Source of the DNA: Macrostomum lignano
Taxonomy: Eukaryota
Direction: 5' to 3'
DNA length: 64,000 bases
Assembly: GCA_002269645.1 (NCBI GenBank)
Contig: NIVC01001403.1
Coordinates: forward strand, 124,001 to 188,000
Made by a program: the position numbers and the translations under genes
Notes under the pieces: model-generated
Database searches by the model: none
What the model was told of the DNA's origin: nothing
Seen by the model: only the letters and a program-made list of their open reading frames with translations
Shown here: in pieces, positions 14,087 to 27,500 of the stretch
Numbering within the stretch: position 1 is the first letter of the stretch
Layout: each line of letters starts with the position of its first letter

Positions 14087-14539
14087 TTATTTGCGCCTCG
14101 ATGATGCACTTATTTTTACTTTCTGAACCATAACGCAGCAGGATTTTTTAGGCTTGCAGGGCTGCTTGCAGACTGGCGCGCGGGGCTTGCAGACTGGCGC
14201 GCAGGGTTTGCAGACTGGCGCGCAGGGCTTGCAGACTGGCGCGCAGGGCTTGCAGACTGGCGCGCAGGGCTTGCAGACTGGCGCGCAGGGCTTGCAGACT
14301 GGCGCGCAGGGTTTGCAGACTGGCGCGCAGGGTTTGCAGACTGGCGCACAGGGCTTGCACTCAGTTTTTTTGCAGCTGCTGTTACTGCTTGATGAGGAAG
14401 ATGATGAAGAAGACGATGAGCTCGAAGAAGAAGAAGAAGAGGAACAGGAAGGCATGGCGTTCGATTTCGATGACTTCTTTGCTGTTTTTTTTGTTTTTAT
14501 GCGCTGGACTTTAACCGTTATTGGGCAGAGGTGCGAAGT
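14087..14539 (-). CDS. Terminal exon encoding poly-Ser plus (CKPCAPV)n Cys/Lys/Pro repeat protein
   Basis: Acceptor aatttcag at 14540; in-frame ATG at 14455; poly-Ser with mixed synonymous codons; about 9 x 21-bp units; stop TAA at 14089-14087 overlaps an AATAAA. Confidence 0.65.
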   Translation of the reverse strand, partial: TSHLCPITVKVQRIKTKKTAKKSSKSNAMPSCSSSSSSSSSSSSSSSSSSSSNSSCKKTECKPCAPVCKPCAPVCKPCAPVCKPCAPVCKPCAPVCKPCAPVCKPCAPVCKPCAPVCKPRAPVCKQPCKPKKSCCVMVQKVKISASSRRK

Positions 14540-15114
14540 CTGAAATTGGGGTTATGGTTTGTAAATTACGCGCAAGTTTAAATTTCTGAATTATGAATAC
14601 GAAAATGAAAGAAAATTAGCGCAGGCAAAATTACAAACTTACAATTGTTTTATTAATCCAGAAAAAATACTAGCAAAATCAAACAAATCCAATGTTTATT
14701 TCAAATTTAATTTTTAGAATCCGATTAAACTAATCCATGTAACATAGGCTAACTGAGAAATGAGATGAAAAGTACATGCAGAAATCTTGAATTGTGTCAA
14801 TAAGGTATTGTATTGGACCTGTGAAGTGATAAATCCGGACAGTCGATTGCATTTTTTTAAAAGCTGCAATTAAGTGTGTTCATTTACTTGTACAGTATGC
14901 AAGCCTACTGAATAAATTAAGTAGCGTGTTTCGAGAGTATGAGCTTAATTAAGTATATTTAAATTAATTTAAAATAAAAAGGTTAATTTGTCATCAGATA
15001 ATGAATGATGAAAATTGGAAAAAAACGTAACTCAACAAGACTTCAATTCCATATTTTAATAGCACAGTTCGGAAATAAAGAAAACACTTAGTCACATACA
15101 GCCGTTCGTTGTAC

Positions 15115-15970
15115 TACTGAAGAATCTAAGGAAGGGCAGTGACACCCCACTGAAGAATCTAAGGAAGGGCAGCGACACCCCACTGAAGAATCTAAGGAAG
15201 GGCAGCGACACCCCACTGAAGAATCTAAGGAAGGGCAGCGACACCCCACTGTAGAATCTAAGGAAGGGCAGTGACACCCCACTGCAGAATCTAAGGAAGG
15301 GCAGCGACACCCCACTGTAGAATCTAAGGAAGGGCAGCGACACCCCACTGAAGAATCTAAGGAAGGGCAGCGATACCCCACTGCAGAATCTAAGGAAGGG
15401 CAGTGACACCCCACTGTAGAATCTAAGGAAGGGCAGTGACACCCCACTGAAGAATCTAAGGAAGGGCAGCGACACCCCACTGCAGAATCTAAGGAAGGGC
15501 AGCGACACCCCACTGAAGAATCTAAGGAAGGGCAGTGACACCCCACTGCAGAATCTAAGGAAGGGCAGTGACACCCCACTGCAGAATCTAAGGAAGGGCA
15601 GTGACACCCCACTGAAGAATCTAAGGAAGGGCAGTGACACCCCACTGAAAAATCTAAGGAAGGGCAGCGACACCCCACTGAAGAATCTAAGGAAGGGCAG
15701 TGACACCCCACTGCAGAATCTAAGGAAGGGCAGCGACACCCCACTGCAGAATCTAAGGAAGGGCAGTGACACCCCACTGCAGAATCTAAGGAAGGGCAGC
15801 GACACCCCACTGCAGAATCTAAGGAAGGGCAGCGACACCCCACTGAAGAATCTAAGGAAGGCAGTGACACCCCACTGCAGAATCTAAGGAAGGGCAGTGA
15901 CACCCCACTGCAGAATCTAAGGAAGGGCAGTGACACCCCACTGCAGAATCTAAGAAAGGGCAGTGACACT
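15115..15970. repeat. Tandem array, 33-bp unit GAATCTAAGGAAGGGCAGCGACACCCCACTGCA
   Basis: Direct periodicity. Confidence 0.97.
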
Positions 15971-16040
15971 CTACAGGTATATTCAAACAGTGATTCATAG
16001 GTTCAGCGATTGTGTTTGTTTCGCTGTCAACTCCATCTTT

Positions 16041-16418
16041 CTAAGCCTTCTTGCTAGAAACTTTGCCGTAGTGCAGGAACGCCGAGGTCGGTGTCGGCTC
16101 GTCTGCATCCGCGGCGGCGGCGGCAGCAGCAGAAGCGGCGCGATCGCCGAGTTCGTCGTTAGCTGACAGGCGATGATGGTGCTGGTGCAGGTGATGCGGA
16201 TGCGACCGGTGATCCCGGTAGTGCGGCGGCGAGCTGCACCTCGTGACTCCGCTGGCAGCTTCGACATTGTGTCGCCTGGTGGCCAGGTGCCGTCGCGTCC
16301 CGCCGTACTGCTCGGGAGTCTCTGCCGCCGATGTTGAATTGCCGGCTGGTCTACAGTTGCTGGCCGAAGTCTGCTTTGAGAGGAGGTCGGAGCGAAAATG
16401 ATTGTCAAGAACTACTTT
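16041..16418 (-). CDS. Orphan low-complexity exon (His/Ala-rich), possibly part of the same gene
   Basis: GC-rich island open throughout in one minus frame (DHRSHPHHLHQHHHR...AAAAAAADADEP); all plus frames are interrupted by stops. Splice partners not resolved; a possible weak donor AAA|GTTTCT at 16061 would be in phase with the exon at 14539. Confidence 0.4.
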   Translation of the reverse strand, partial: KVVLDNHFRSDLLSKQTSASNCRPAGNSTSAAETPEQYGGTRRHLATRRHNVEAASGVTRCSSPPHYRDHRSHPHHLHQHHHRLSANDELGDRAASAAAAAAADADEPTPTSAFLHYGKVSSKKA

Positions 16419-16435
16419 ACAATTTGTAGTGTACG

Positions 16436-16588
16436 CCCGTACCCAAGTACCCAAGTACCCAAGTACCTAAAGTACCCAAGTACCCAAGTACCCAAAGTAC
16501 CCAAGTACCCAAAGTATCCAAGTACCCAAGTACCCAAGTACCCAAGTACCCAAGTATCCAAAGTACCCAAGTACACAAAGTACCCAAA
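16436..16588. repeat. Short tandem array, 8-9-bp unit GTACCCAA
   Basis: Direct periodicity. Confidence 0.92.
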
Positions 16589-16939
16589 GCGGCATCGGCA
16601 ATGACTGCAGGGCCCAAGCCACCCTGCGATCAACTTCCTCAACAGAGGCGGGGCAAAATCAGAACGAGGTGCCGAGCCAAACAGCACGATTGCCGGACGA
16701 ATTCTGTGCCCGTCTCGATGAAAAAATAGTGGCGCAATATTTTAGCCTTTGTCAAGGCCCCATCAGCTGTCGGACCCAGCTGCAAGTCGGCCTGGACGCG
16801 AAAGTCCTCTGAAGGATGTAATCGCTGGCTTAATTTTACTTGACACAGCTGCGCCTCTGTCCGACACCTGTACTCTGTAGCTCGCTTGCTCTGACAGTTT
16901 GCACTGAGGGCTGCTTAGCGATGGCTTACGCCGGCGGGG

Positions 16940-18245
16940 AGAGAGGGAGACCGGGGAGAGATGGAGATCGGGGAGAGATGGAGACCGGGGAGGGATGGAG
17001 ACCGGGGAGAGAGGGAGACCGGGGAGAGATGGAGATCGGGGAGAGATGGAGATTGGGGAGAGATGGAGACCGGGGAGAGATGGAGACCGGGGAGAGATGG
17101 AGACCGGGGAGAGATGGAGACCGGGGAGAGAGGGAGACCGATGAGAGATGGAGATCGGGGAGAGATGGAGACCGGGGAGGGATGGAGACCGGGGAGAGAG
17201 GGAGACCGGGGAGAGATGGAGATCGGGGAGAGATGGAGATTGGGGAGAGATGGAGACCGGGGAGAGATGGAGACCGGGGAGAGATGGAGACCGGGGAGAG
17301 ATGGAGATCGGGGAGAGATGGAGATTGGGGAGAGATGGAGACCGGGGAGAGATGGAGACCGGGGAGAGATGGAGACCGGGGAGAGATGGAGACCGGGGAG
17401 AGAGGGAGACCGATGAGAGATGGAGACCAGGGAGAGATGGAGATCGGGGAGAGATGGAGATTGGGGAGATATGGAGACTGGGGAGAGATGGAGACCGGGG
17501 AGAGATGGAGACCGGGGAGAGATGGAGACCGGGGAGAGATGGAGACCGGGGAGAGATGGAGACCGGGGAGAGATGGAGACCGGGGAGAGATGGAGACCGG
17601 GGAGAGATGGAGACCGGGGAGAGATGGAGACCGGGGAGAGATGGAGACCGGGGAGAGATGGAGACCGGGGAGAGATGGAGATTGGGGAGAGATGGAGACC
17701 GGGGAGAGATGGAGACCGGGGAGAGATGGAGACCGGGGAGAGAGGGAGACCGATGAGAGATGGAGACCAGGGAGAGATGGAGATCGGGGAGAGATGGAGA
17801 TTGGGGAGAGATGGAGACCGGGGAGAGATGGAGACCGGGGAGAGATGGAGACCGATGAGAGATGGAGACTGGGGAGAGATGGAGACCGGGGAGAGATGGA
17901 GACCGGGGAGAGATGGAGACCGGGGAGAGATGGAGACCGATGAGAGATGGAGACCGGGGAGAGATGGAGACTGGGGAGAGATGGAGACCGGGGAGAGATG
18001 AAGACTGGGGAGAGATGGAGATTGGGGAGGGAGGGAGATCGGGGAGAGAGGGAAGGAGATTGGGGAGGGAGGGAGATTGGGGAGAGAGGGAAGGAGATTG
18101 GGGAGGGAGGGAGATCGGGGAGAGAGGGAAGGAGATTGGGGAGGGAGGGATATTGGGGAGAGAGGGAAGGAGATTGGGGAGGGAGGGAGATTGGGGAGAG
18201 ATGGAGATTGGGGAGGGAGGGAGATCGGGGAGAGAGGGAAGGAGA
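16940..18245. repeat. Purine-rich tandem array, 17-bp unit GAGATGGAGACCGGGGA, degenerating to the right
   Basis: Direct periodicity; 17-aa pseudo-protein repeat in the ORF track equals 3 units. Confidence 0.95.
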
Positions 18246-18439
18246 TCAGCTAGATGCGGGATAGAGGGGCTCGCTAGCATGAGCGAGTTCAAATGGGCAC
18301 TCACACTGGGTGAGGATCAGAGAAGGGGAGTATAGTTTGTTTCCGGATCTCTAAACCCAACGCACTACATAAGTAGCCTGTTAAGAGCACAATTAGGGCA
18401 AATAATAGAAAGTGACCAAAGCCAAAAAAGCATTCGAAC

Positions 18440-19856
<1,417 letters not shown>

Positions 19857-19984
19857 GATGGAGAGCAAAGCTGAAAAGTAGATCCGTGTGAAGTCTGTTG
19901 TGTGTAGGATACTGGCCACTCAACTACTACCTCTAGAGACTGCGGGAGTCATGGTCCGTGAAGACTTAATGGCTGTTTTTGTGT

Positions 19985-20648
19985 GCCTCAGTGTGTGCCT
20001 TCAGCTCCCTTCATTGAGTGTCCCAGTGTGTGCCTTCAGCTCCCTTCATTGAGTGCCTCAGTGTGTGCCTTCAGCTCCCTTCATTGATTGTCCCAGTGTG
20101 TGCCTTCAGCTCCCTTCATTGAATGCCTCAGTGTGTGCCTTCAGCTCCCTTCATTGAATGCCTCAGTGTGTGCCTTCAGCTCCCTTCATTGAATGCCTCA
20201 GTGTGTGCCTTCAGCTCCCTTCATTGAATGCCTCAGTGTGTGCCTTCAGCTCCCTTCATTGATTGTCCCAGTGTGTGCCTTCAGCTCCCTTCATTGAATG
20301 CCTCAGTGTGTGCCTTCAGCTCCCTTCATTGATTGTCCCAGTGTGTGCCTTCAGCTCCCTTCATTGAATGCCTCAGTGTGTGCCTTCAGCTCCCTTCATT
20401 GAGTGTCCCAGTGTGTGCCTTCAGCTCCCTTCATTGAGTGTCCCAGTGTGTGCCTTCAGCTCCCTTCATTGATTGTCTTAGTGTGTGCCTTCAGCTCCCT
20501 TCATTGATTGCCTCAGTGTGTGCCTTCAGCTCCCTTCATTGATTGTCCCAGTGTGTGCCTTCAGCTCCCTTCATTGAATGCCTCAGTGTGTGCCTTCAGC
20601 TCCCTTCATTGATTGTCTCAGTGTGTGCCTTCAGCCCCTTCATTGAAT
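19985..20648. repeat. Tandem array, 35-bp unit CAGTGTGTGCCTTCAGCTCCCTTCATTGAATGCCT
   Basis: Direct periodicity. Confidence 0.96.
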
Positions 20649-21572
20649 AATTTCAATACTTTCCAAAAAATCATCTCTCAACTTAAAATTTTAAATATTT
20701 AAACCTGCTACTTGGTATAGTACAATAAAAATTTAATGAATTGTGCACGCTGCAATAAAATTATTGTCTGATTTGAACCAGGTGAACTCTAAGACGTAAA
20801 CCAAAAAATTAGGCAATCCATTTTTGGTAAAAATAATATTTAGTGCTGCTCAACAAAAATAGAAAATAAAAAGTGCATTTTTAAAGTGGTCCGTTTATTT
20901 TAGGAAACAAAAAATAACATTGTGCGTAAATTTCACGATTTAGAAGTCCTAAATACTAAGATAATGCTTACAAAGTTTTAAATAACAATGGCGGTCAACG
21001 CGTAGGATAAAATGTGTTCCTTTTTTGTTACAATGCACCTCCAATGTTGTCAATTTATTAAAAAAATATAACAAAAAATCTCTTTTATTATCATGGCGGG
21101 AAGACATGGACAGCTTAGATAAAATTTAATACCGTTATGAAATTATAAATGATAGAATTAATTAATAAGTAATGCTAGCTTGGAATGTGCATTCAGTACA
21201 GTTGGAAGACAAAGTAACGTAGCTATCGATGGCATACATAAACTATTAGATAAAAGGTGAGATTTTTCACTTTAGTAAAACCTACTACTAAGATTTTTGC
21301 TGTGACAAAGTTGGGGTGGCACTGTGGGGTGTGTTGGGGTGGCACTGTAGAGTGTGTTGGGGTGGCACTGTGGGGTGTGTGTGTTGGGGTTGCACCGCGG
21401 GTTTGCAATTTGGAGTGTCCTTCGAGTTAATTACGCGTTTTAAAAAGTAATGAAATATTGAAAAATTATTTTTAAAAATTGTAAATAACAGTACAAAAAT
21501 GGAAACTTCTCAGTCCTGCAGCTGTGTTTCGTTAAAGGTCTAACGAACGAAAGGTCTAACGAACGGTGCACT

Positions 21573-24500
21573 CTAGTCTGCATAATATGAGCCAGTCCTG
21601 CCTTTGGCGGCCGCTGCGGCTGCCTCTGTGGCGGAGTGGCTGGCAGTGCCAGATTCTCTGGTTGGCTGACCTGCGGGTTGGGGAATAGCCGGGTAGATAG
21701 ATGGGAAAATGGGTAGATAGATGGGGAAATGGGTAGATAGATGGGGAAATGGGTAGATAGATGGGGAAATGGGTAGATAGATGGGGAAATGGGTAGATAG
21801 ATGGGGAAAGTGACAGATGGATGGGGAAAGTGGCAGATGGAAGGGAAAAGTGGCAGATGGATGGGGAAAGTGGCAGATAGATGGGAAACTTGTCAGATAG
21901 ACGGGAAAATTGGTAGATAGATGGGGAAGGTGACAGATAGATGGGGAAAGTGGAAGATAGATGGGGAAAGTGGCAGATAGATAGAGAAAGTGGCAGATAG
22001 ATAGGGAAAGTGGCAGATAGATAGGGAAATTTGCAGATAGATAGGAAAAGTGGCAGCTAGATGGGGAAATTCGCAGATAGATAGGGAAGCGGTAGGTAGA
22101 TGGCTAGAGTGGCAGTTGGCTTCGCAGTCTCACCGGACTCCAGCCCCCTGGCAGGCGAGCCAGATCTTGATCCGAAATTTCTAGAAGTACTCCGTGTTCT
22201 TTGAGTCTAGAAACGGGATGTTTGAAGATATACTATAAATGATTTTTTGTTGCTGAAGATAATCCCAGCTAATGCTAACGATAATCCCACATGTTGTTAA
22301 CGATAATCCCACCCGTTGTTAACGATAATCCCAGCTGTTGCTAACGATAATCCTGGCTGTCATTAACGGTAATCCCAGCTGTTGTTAACGATAATCCCAG
22401 CTGTTGCTAACAATAATCCCAGCTGTTGCTAACGATAATCCCACCTGTTGTTAACGATAATCCCACCTGTTGTTAACGATAATCCCACCTGTTGTTAACG
22501 ATAATCCCAGCTGTTGTTAACGATAATCCCAGCTGTTGCTAACAATAATCCCAGCTGTTGCTAACGATAATCCCACCTGTTGTTAACGATAATCCCACCT
22601 GTTGTTAACGATAATCCCACCTGTTGTTAACGGTAATCCCAGCTGTTGCTAACAATAATCCTAGCTGTTGTTAACGATAATCCTAGCTGTTGTTAACGAT
22701 AATCCCAGCTGTTGCTAACGATAATATCACCTGTTGTTAACGATAATCCCACCTGTTGTTAACGATAATCCCACCTGTTGTTAACGGTAATCCCAGCTGT
22801 TGTTAACGATAATCCCACCTGTTGTTAACGATAATCCCAGCTGTTGCTACGGATAATCCTAGCTGTTGTTAACGATAATCCCACCTGTTGTTAACGGTAA
22901 TCCCAGCTGTTGTTAACGATAATCCCACCTGTTGTTAACGATAATCCCACCTGTTGTTAACAATAATCCTAGCTGTTGTTAACGGTAATCCCAGCTGTTG
23001 TTAACGATAATCCCACCTGTTGTTAACGATAATCCCACCTGTTGTTAACAATAATCCTAGCTGTTGTTAACTATAATCCCAGCTGTTGTTAACGATAATC
23101 CTAGCTGTTGTTAACGATAATCCCACCCGTTGTTAACTATAATCCCAGCTGTTGCTAACAATAATCCTAGCTGTTGTTAACGATAATCCCAGCTGTTGCT
23201 AACAATAATCCTAGCTGTTGTTAACGATAATCCCAGCTGTTGCTACCGATAATCCTAGCTGTTGTTAACGATAATCCCAGCTGTTGCTAACGATAATATC
23301 ACCTGTTGTTAACGATAATCCTAGCTGTTGTTAACGATAATCCCAGCTGTTGCTAACGATAATATCACCTGTTGTTAACGATAATCCCACCTGTTGTTAA
23401 CGATAATCCCACCTGTTGTTAACGGTAATCCCAGCTGTTGTTAACGATAATCCCAGCTGTTGCTACGGATAATCCTAGCTGTTGTTAACGATAATCCCAG
23501 CTGTTGCTAACGATAATCCTGGCTGTCATTAACGGTAATCCCAGATTTTGTTAACGATACTCCTAGCTGTTGTTAACGATAATCCCAGATGTTGCTAACG
23601 GTAATCCCATGTAGCCAGTTACCATCAACCGCCTCTTCAAAGCCAGCAAATCCACGTTCCATCTGACGCCAAGCTGGTAATCGCTTGCGACACTGGCAGG
23701 ATTAGGGTTAGAGTTAGAGTTAGATTGGTTAGCCGTGTTAGCAGTTTCTTCTTTGGGAGATTTGCAGCCTGAGCCGCTGGTCTCTTCCTCATCTTCATCG
23801 CTGTCGCTCGTGGGAGTTGCCAGGCAGGACAGCGGGATGGCGCAGCGCGGGTTGAGCACCGTCTGGAGTTGAGTAGAGGATTGAGTATAGTAGGGGATTG
23901 AGTAGGGGATTGAGTAGAGAACGGTGTAAGGAGTTGAGTAGGGGTTGAATAGGGTTGAGTATAGTAGGGGATTGAGTAGGGTATTGAGTAGGGTATTGAG
24001 TAGGGGATTGAGTAGGGTATTGAGTAGGGTATTGAGTAGGGGTTGAGTAGGGGTTGAGTAGGGTATTGAGTAGGGTATTGAGTAGGGTATTGAGTAGGGG
24101 TTGAGTAGGGGTTGAGTAGGGTATTGAGTAGGGTATTGAGTAGGGTATTGAGTAGGGGTTGAGTAGGGGTTGAGTAGGGGATTGAGTAGGGTATTGAGTA
24201 GGGTATTGAGTAGGGTATTGAGTAGGGTATTGAGTAGGGTATTGAGTAGGGGTTGAGTAGGGGTTGAGTAGGGGATTGAGTAGGGGTTGAGTAGGGGTTG
24301 AGTAGGGTATTGAGTAGGGTATTGAGTAGGGTATTGAGTAGGGGTTGAGTAGGGTATTGAGTAGGGGTTGAGTAGGGGATTGAGTAGGGATTGAGTAGGG
24401 GTTGAGTAGGGGTTGAGTAGGGGTTGAGTAGGGGTTGAGTAGGGGTTGAGTAGGGGTTGAGTAGGGGTTGAGTAGGGGTTGAGTAGGGGATTGAGTAGGG

Positions 24501-27500
24501 GATTGAGTAGGGGGTTGAGTAGGGGTTAGTAGGGGTTGAGTAGGCGACTATTGAAGTAAATGGAGTTTGACGAACTGTTGGATAACGGAGTTGGGAAACT
24601 ATAAAACTCTGAGGCATTATACAGTTTATCGATGAAAAACCGGGTACAGTGTGGGGATGCAGCAATGTCTCACCCTGTTGCAGCACTGGGTGCTCCGGCC
24701 GCCGCAGCAGCAGCAGCAATGCGAGACTGCTGCAGCCATCGAAGCGACGCTGCCGGGAATACTCGACGGCGGCGGTTTGACTTGCCGGTTGCCATGGTAA
24801 CCAGTGTGATGAGGATGCCGGTGCAGCTGATGGCAGTCAAGGCCGCCGCTCAGGTCTATCGCTTCAGTCTGTTGCGTGTTGATAGCTTGTGACTCAAAGT
24901 TAAAGAAGGCACTCTCAAGCGTTGTTAATAAAATATATTAGTAAGTTAGCATCCTATGGCGCTACAAAGTTATGCTCTGGCATTATGATTCAACTCACAC
25001 TTGAGGTGGCTGCACCTCGACGGGTGCAGGCCTCGCCTCTGGCTACGACTTCGGAGCCTTGGACAAGCGCTGGCCAGGTGTAGTGAGCGACCAGCGGCGC
25101 AGTGAACTCGGAATCGTACGTGCGGCGGTACCTGGCAATTGTTTTTATTGCTGTTCTCTTGCTGGATTGGAAGCCGCGACCGGGCTCAACGAATGACGGG
25201 AGCTCAGACCAAGAGACAGGGGCGCCCACCAAGAGACAGGGGCGCCCACCAAGAGACAGGGGCGCCCACCCAAGAGACAGGGGCGCCCACCAAGAGACAG
25301 GGGCGCCCACCCAAGAGACAGGGGCGCCCACCAAGAGACAGGGGCGCCCACCCAAGAGACAGGGGCGCCCACCCAAGAGACAGGGGCGCCCACCCAAGAG
25401 ACAGGGGCGCCCACCAAGAGACAGGGGCGCCCACCCAAGAGACAGGGGCGCCCACCAAGAGACAGGGGCGCCCACCCAAGAGACAGGGGCGCCCACCAAG
25501 AGACAGGGGCGCCCACCCAAGAGACAGGGGCGCCCACCAAGAGACAGGGGCGCCCACCCAAGAGACAGGGGCGCCCACCAAGAGACAGGGGCGCCCACCA
25601 AGAGACAGGGGCGCCCACCAAGAGACAGGGGCGCCCACCCAAGAGACAGGGGCGCCCACCAAGAGACAGGGGCGCCCACCAAGAGACAGGGGCGCCCACC
25701 AAGAGACAGGGGCGCCCACCAAGAAACAGAGGCGCCCACCCAAGAAACAGAGGCGCCCACCCAAGAGACAGGGGCGCCCACCAAGAAACAGAGGCGCCCA
25801 CCCAAGAGACAGGGGCGCCCACCAAGAGACAGGGGCGCCCACCAAGAGACAGGGGCGCCCACCAAGAGACAGGGGCGCCCACCAAGAGACAGCGGCTCCC
25901 ACCCAAGAGACAGGAGCGCCCACCAGAAGGCAGGGGCACCCACCATAAACAGGGGCGCCCACCAAGAGACAGGGGCGCCCACCAAGAGACAGGGGCGCCC
26001 ACCAAGAGACAGGGGCGCCCACCAAGAGACAGGGGCGCCCACCAAGAAACAGGGGCGCCCACCAAGAGACAGGGGCGCCCACCAGAAGGCAGGGGCGCCC
26101 ACCAAGAGACAGGGGCGCCCACCAAGAGACAGGGGCGCCCACCCAAGAGACAGGGGCGCCCACCAAGAGACAGGGGCGCCCACCAAGAGACAGGGGCGCC
26201 CACCAAGAGACAGGGGCGCCCACCAAGAGACAGGGGCGCCCACCAAGAGACAGGGGCGCCCACCAAGAGACAGGGGCGCCCACCCAAGAGACAGGGGCGC
26301 CCACCAAGAGACAGGGGCGCCCACCAAGAGACAGGGGCGCCCACCAAGAGACAGGGGCGCCCACCAAGAAACAGAGGCGCCCACCCAAGAAACAGAGGCG
26401 CCCACCCAAGAGACAGGGGCGCCCACCAAGAAACAGAGGCGCCCACCCAAGAGACAGGGGCGCCCACCAAGAGACAGGGGCGCCCACCAAGAGACAGGGG
26501 CGCCCACCAAGAGACAGCGGCTCCCACCCAAGAGACAGGAGCGCCCACCAGAAGGCAGGGGCACCCACCATAAACAGGGGCGCCCACCAAGAGACAGGGG
26601 CGCCCACCAAGAGACAGGGGCGCCCACCAAGAGACAGGGGCGCCCACCAAGAGACAGGGGCGCCCACCAAGAAACAGGGGCGCCCACCAAGAGACAGGGG
26701 CGCCCACCAGAAGGCAGGGGCGCCCACCAAGAGACAGGGGCGCCCACCAAGAGACAGGGGCGCCCACCCAAGAGACAGGGGCGCCCACCAAGAGACAGGG
26801 GCGCCCACCCAAGAGACAGGGGCGCCCACCAAGAGACAGCGGCTCCCACCCAAGAGACAGGAGCGCCCACCAGAAGGCAGGGGCACCCACCATAAACAGG
26901 GGCGCCCACCAAGAGACAGGGGCGCCCACCCAAGAGACAGGGGCGCCCACCAAGAGACAGGGGCGCCCACCAAGAGACAGGGGCGCCCACCAAGAGACAG
27001 GGGCGCCCACTAAGAGACAGGGGCGCCCACCAAGAAACAGGGGCGCCCACCAAGAGACAGGGGCGCCCACCAGAAGGCAGGGGCGCCCACCAAGAGACAG
27101 GGGCGCCCACCAAGAGACAGGGGCGCCCACCAAAAGACAGGGGCGCCCACCAAGAGACAGGGGCGCCCACCCAAGAGACAGGGCGCCCACCAAGAGACAG
27201 GGGCGCCCACTAAGAGACAGGGGCGCCCACCAAGAAACAGGGGCGCCCACCAAGAGACAGGGGCGCCCACCAGAAGGCAGGGGCGCCCACCAAGAGACAG
27301 GGGCGCCCACCAAGAGACAGGGGCGCCCACCAAAAGACAGGGGCGCCCACCAAGAGACAGGGGCGCCCACCCAAGAGACAGGGGCGCCCACCAAGAGACA
27401 GGGGCGCCCACCAAGAGACAGAGGCTCCCAAGTGATCCAGGTGATGGAGCATCGAAGACGGAATTGCTGATGAAGAACAAAAACAAACTATCTTTGAAGC

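Noticed and set aside
16588-16812. Plus-strand open frame GIGNDC...LDAKVL
   Set aside because: No recognisable homology, no start or splice partner; neighbouring exons are on the minus strand.
22134-22252. Alternative acceptors at 22232 and 22252 for the penultimate Mieap exon
   Set aside because: 22252 hits a stop; 22232 forces the last exon into a frame running into AT-rich sequence. The 22206 acceptor has a better pyrimidine tract and gives an RS/SP-like tail. Not excluded as minor isoforms.
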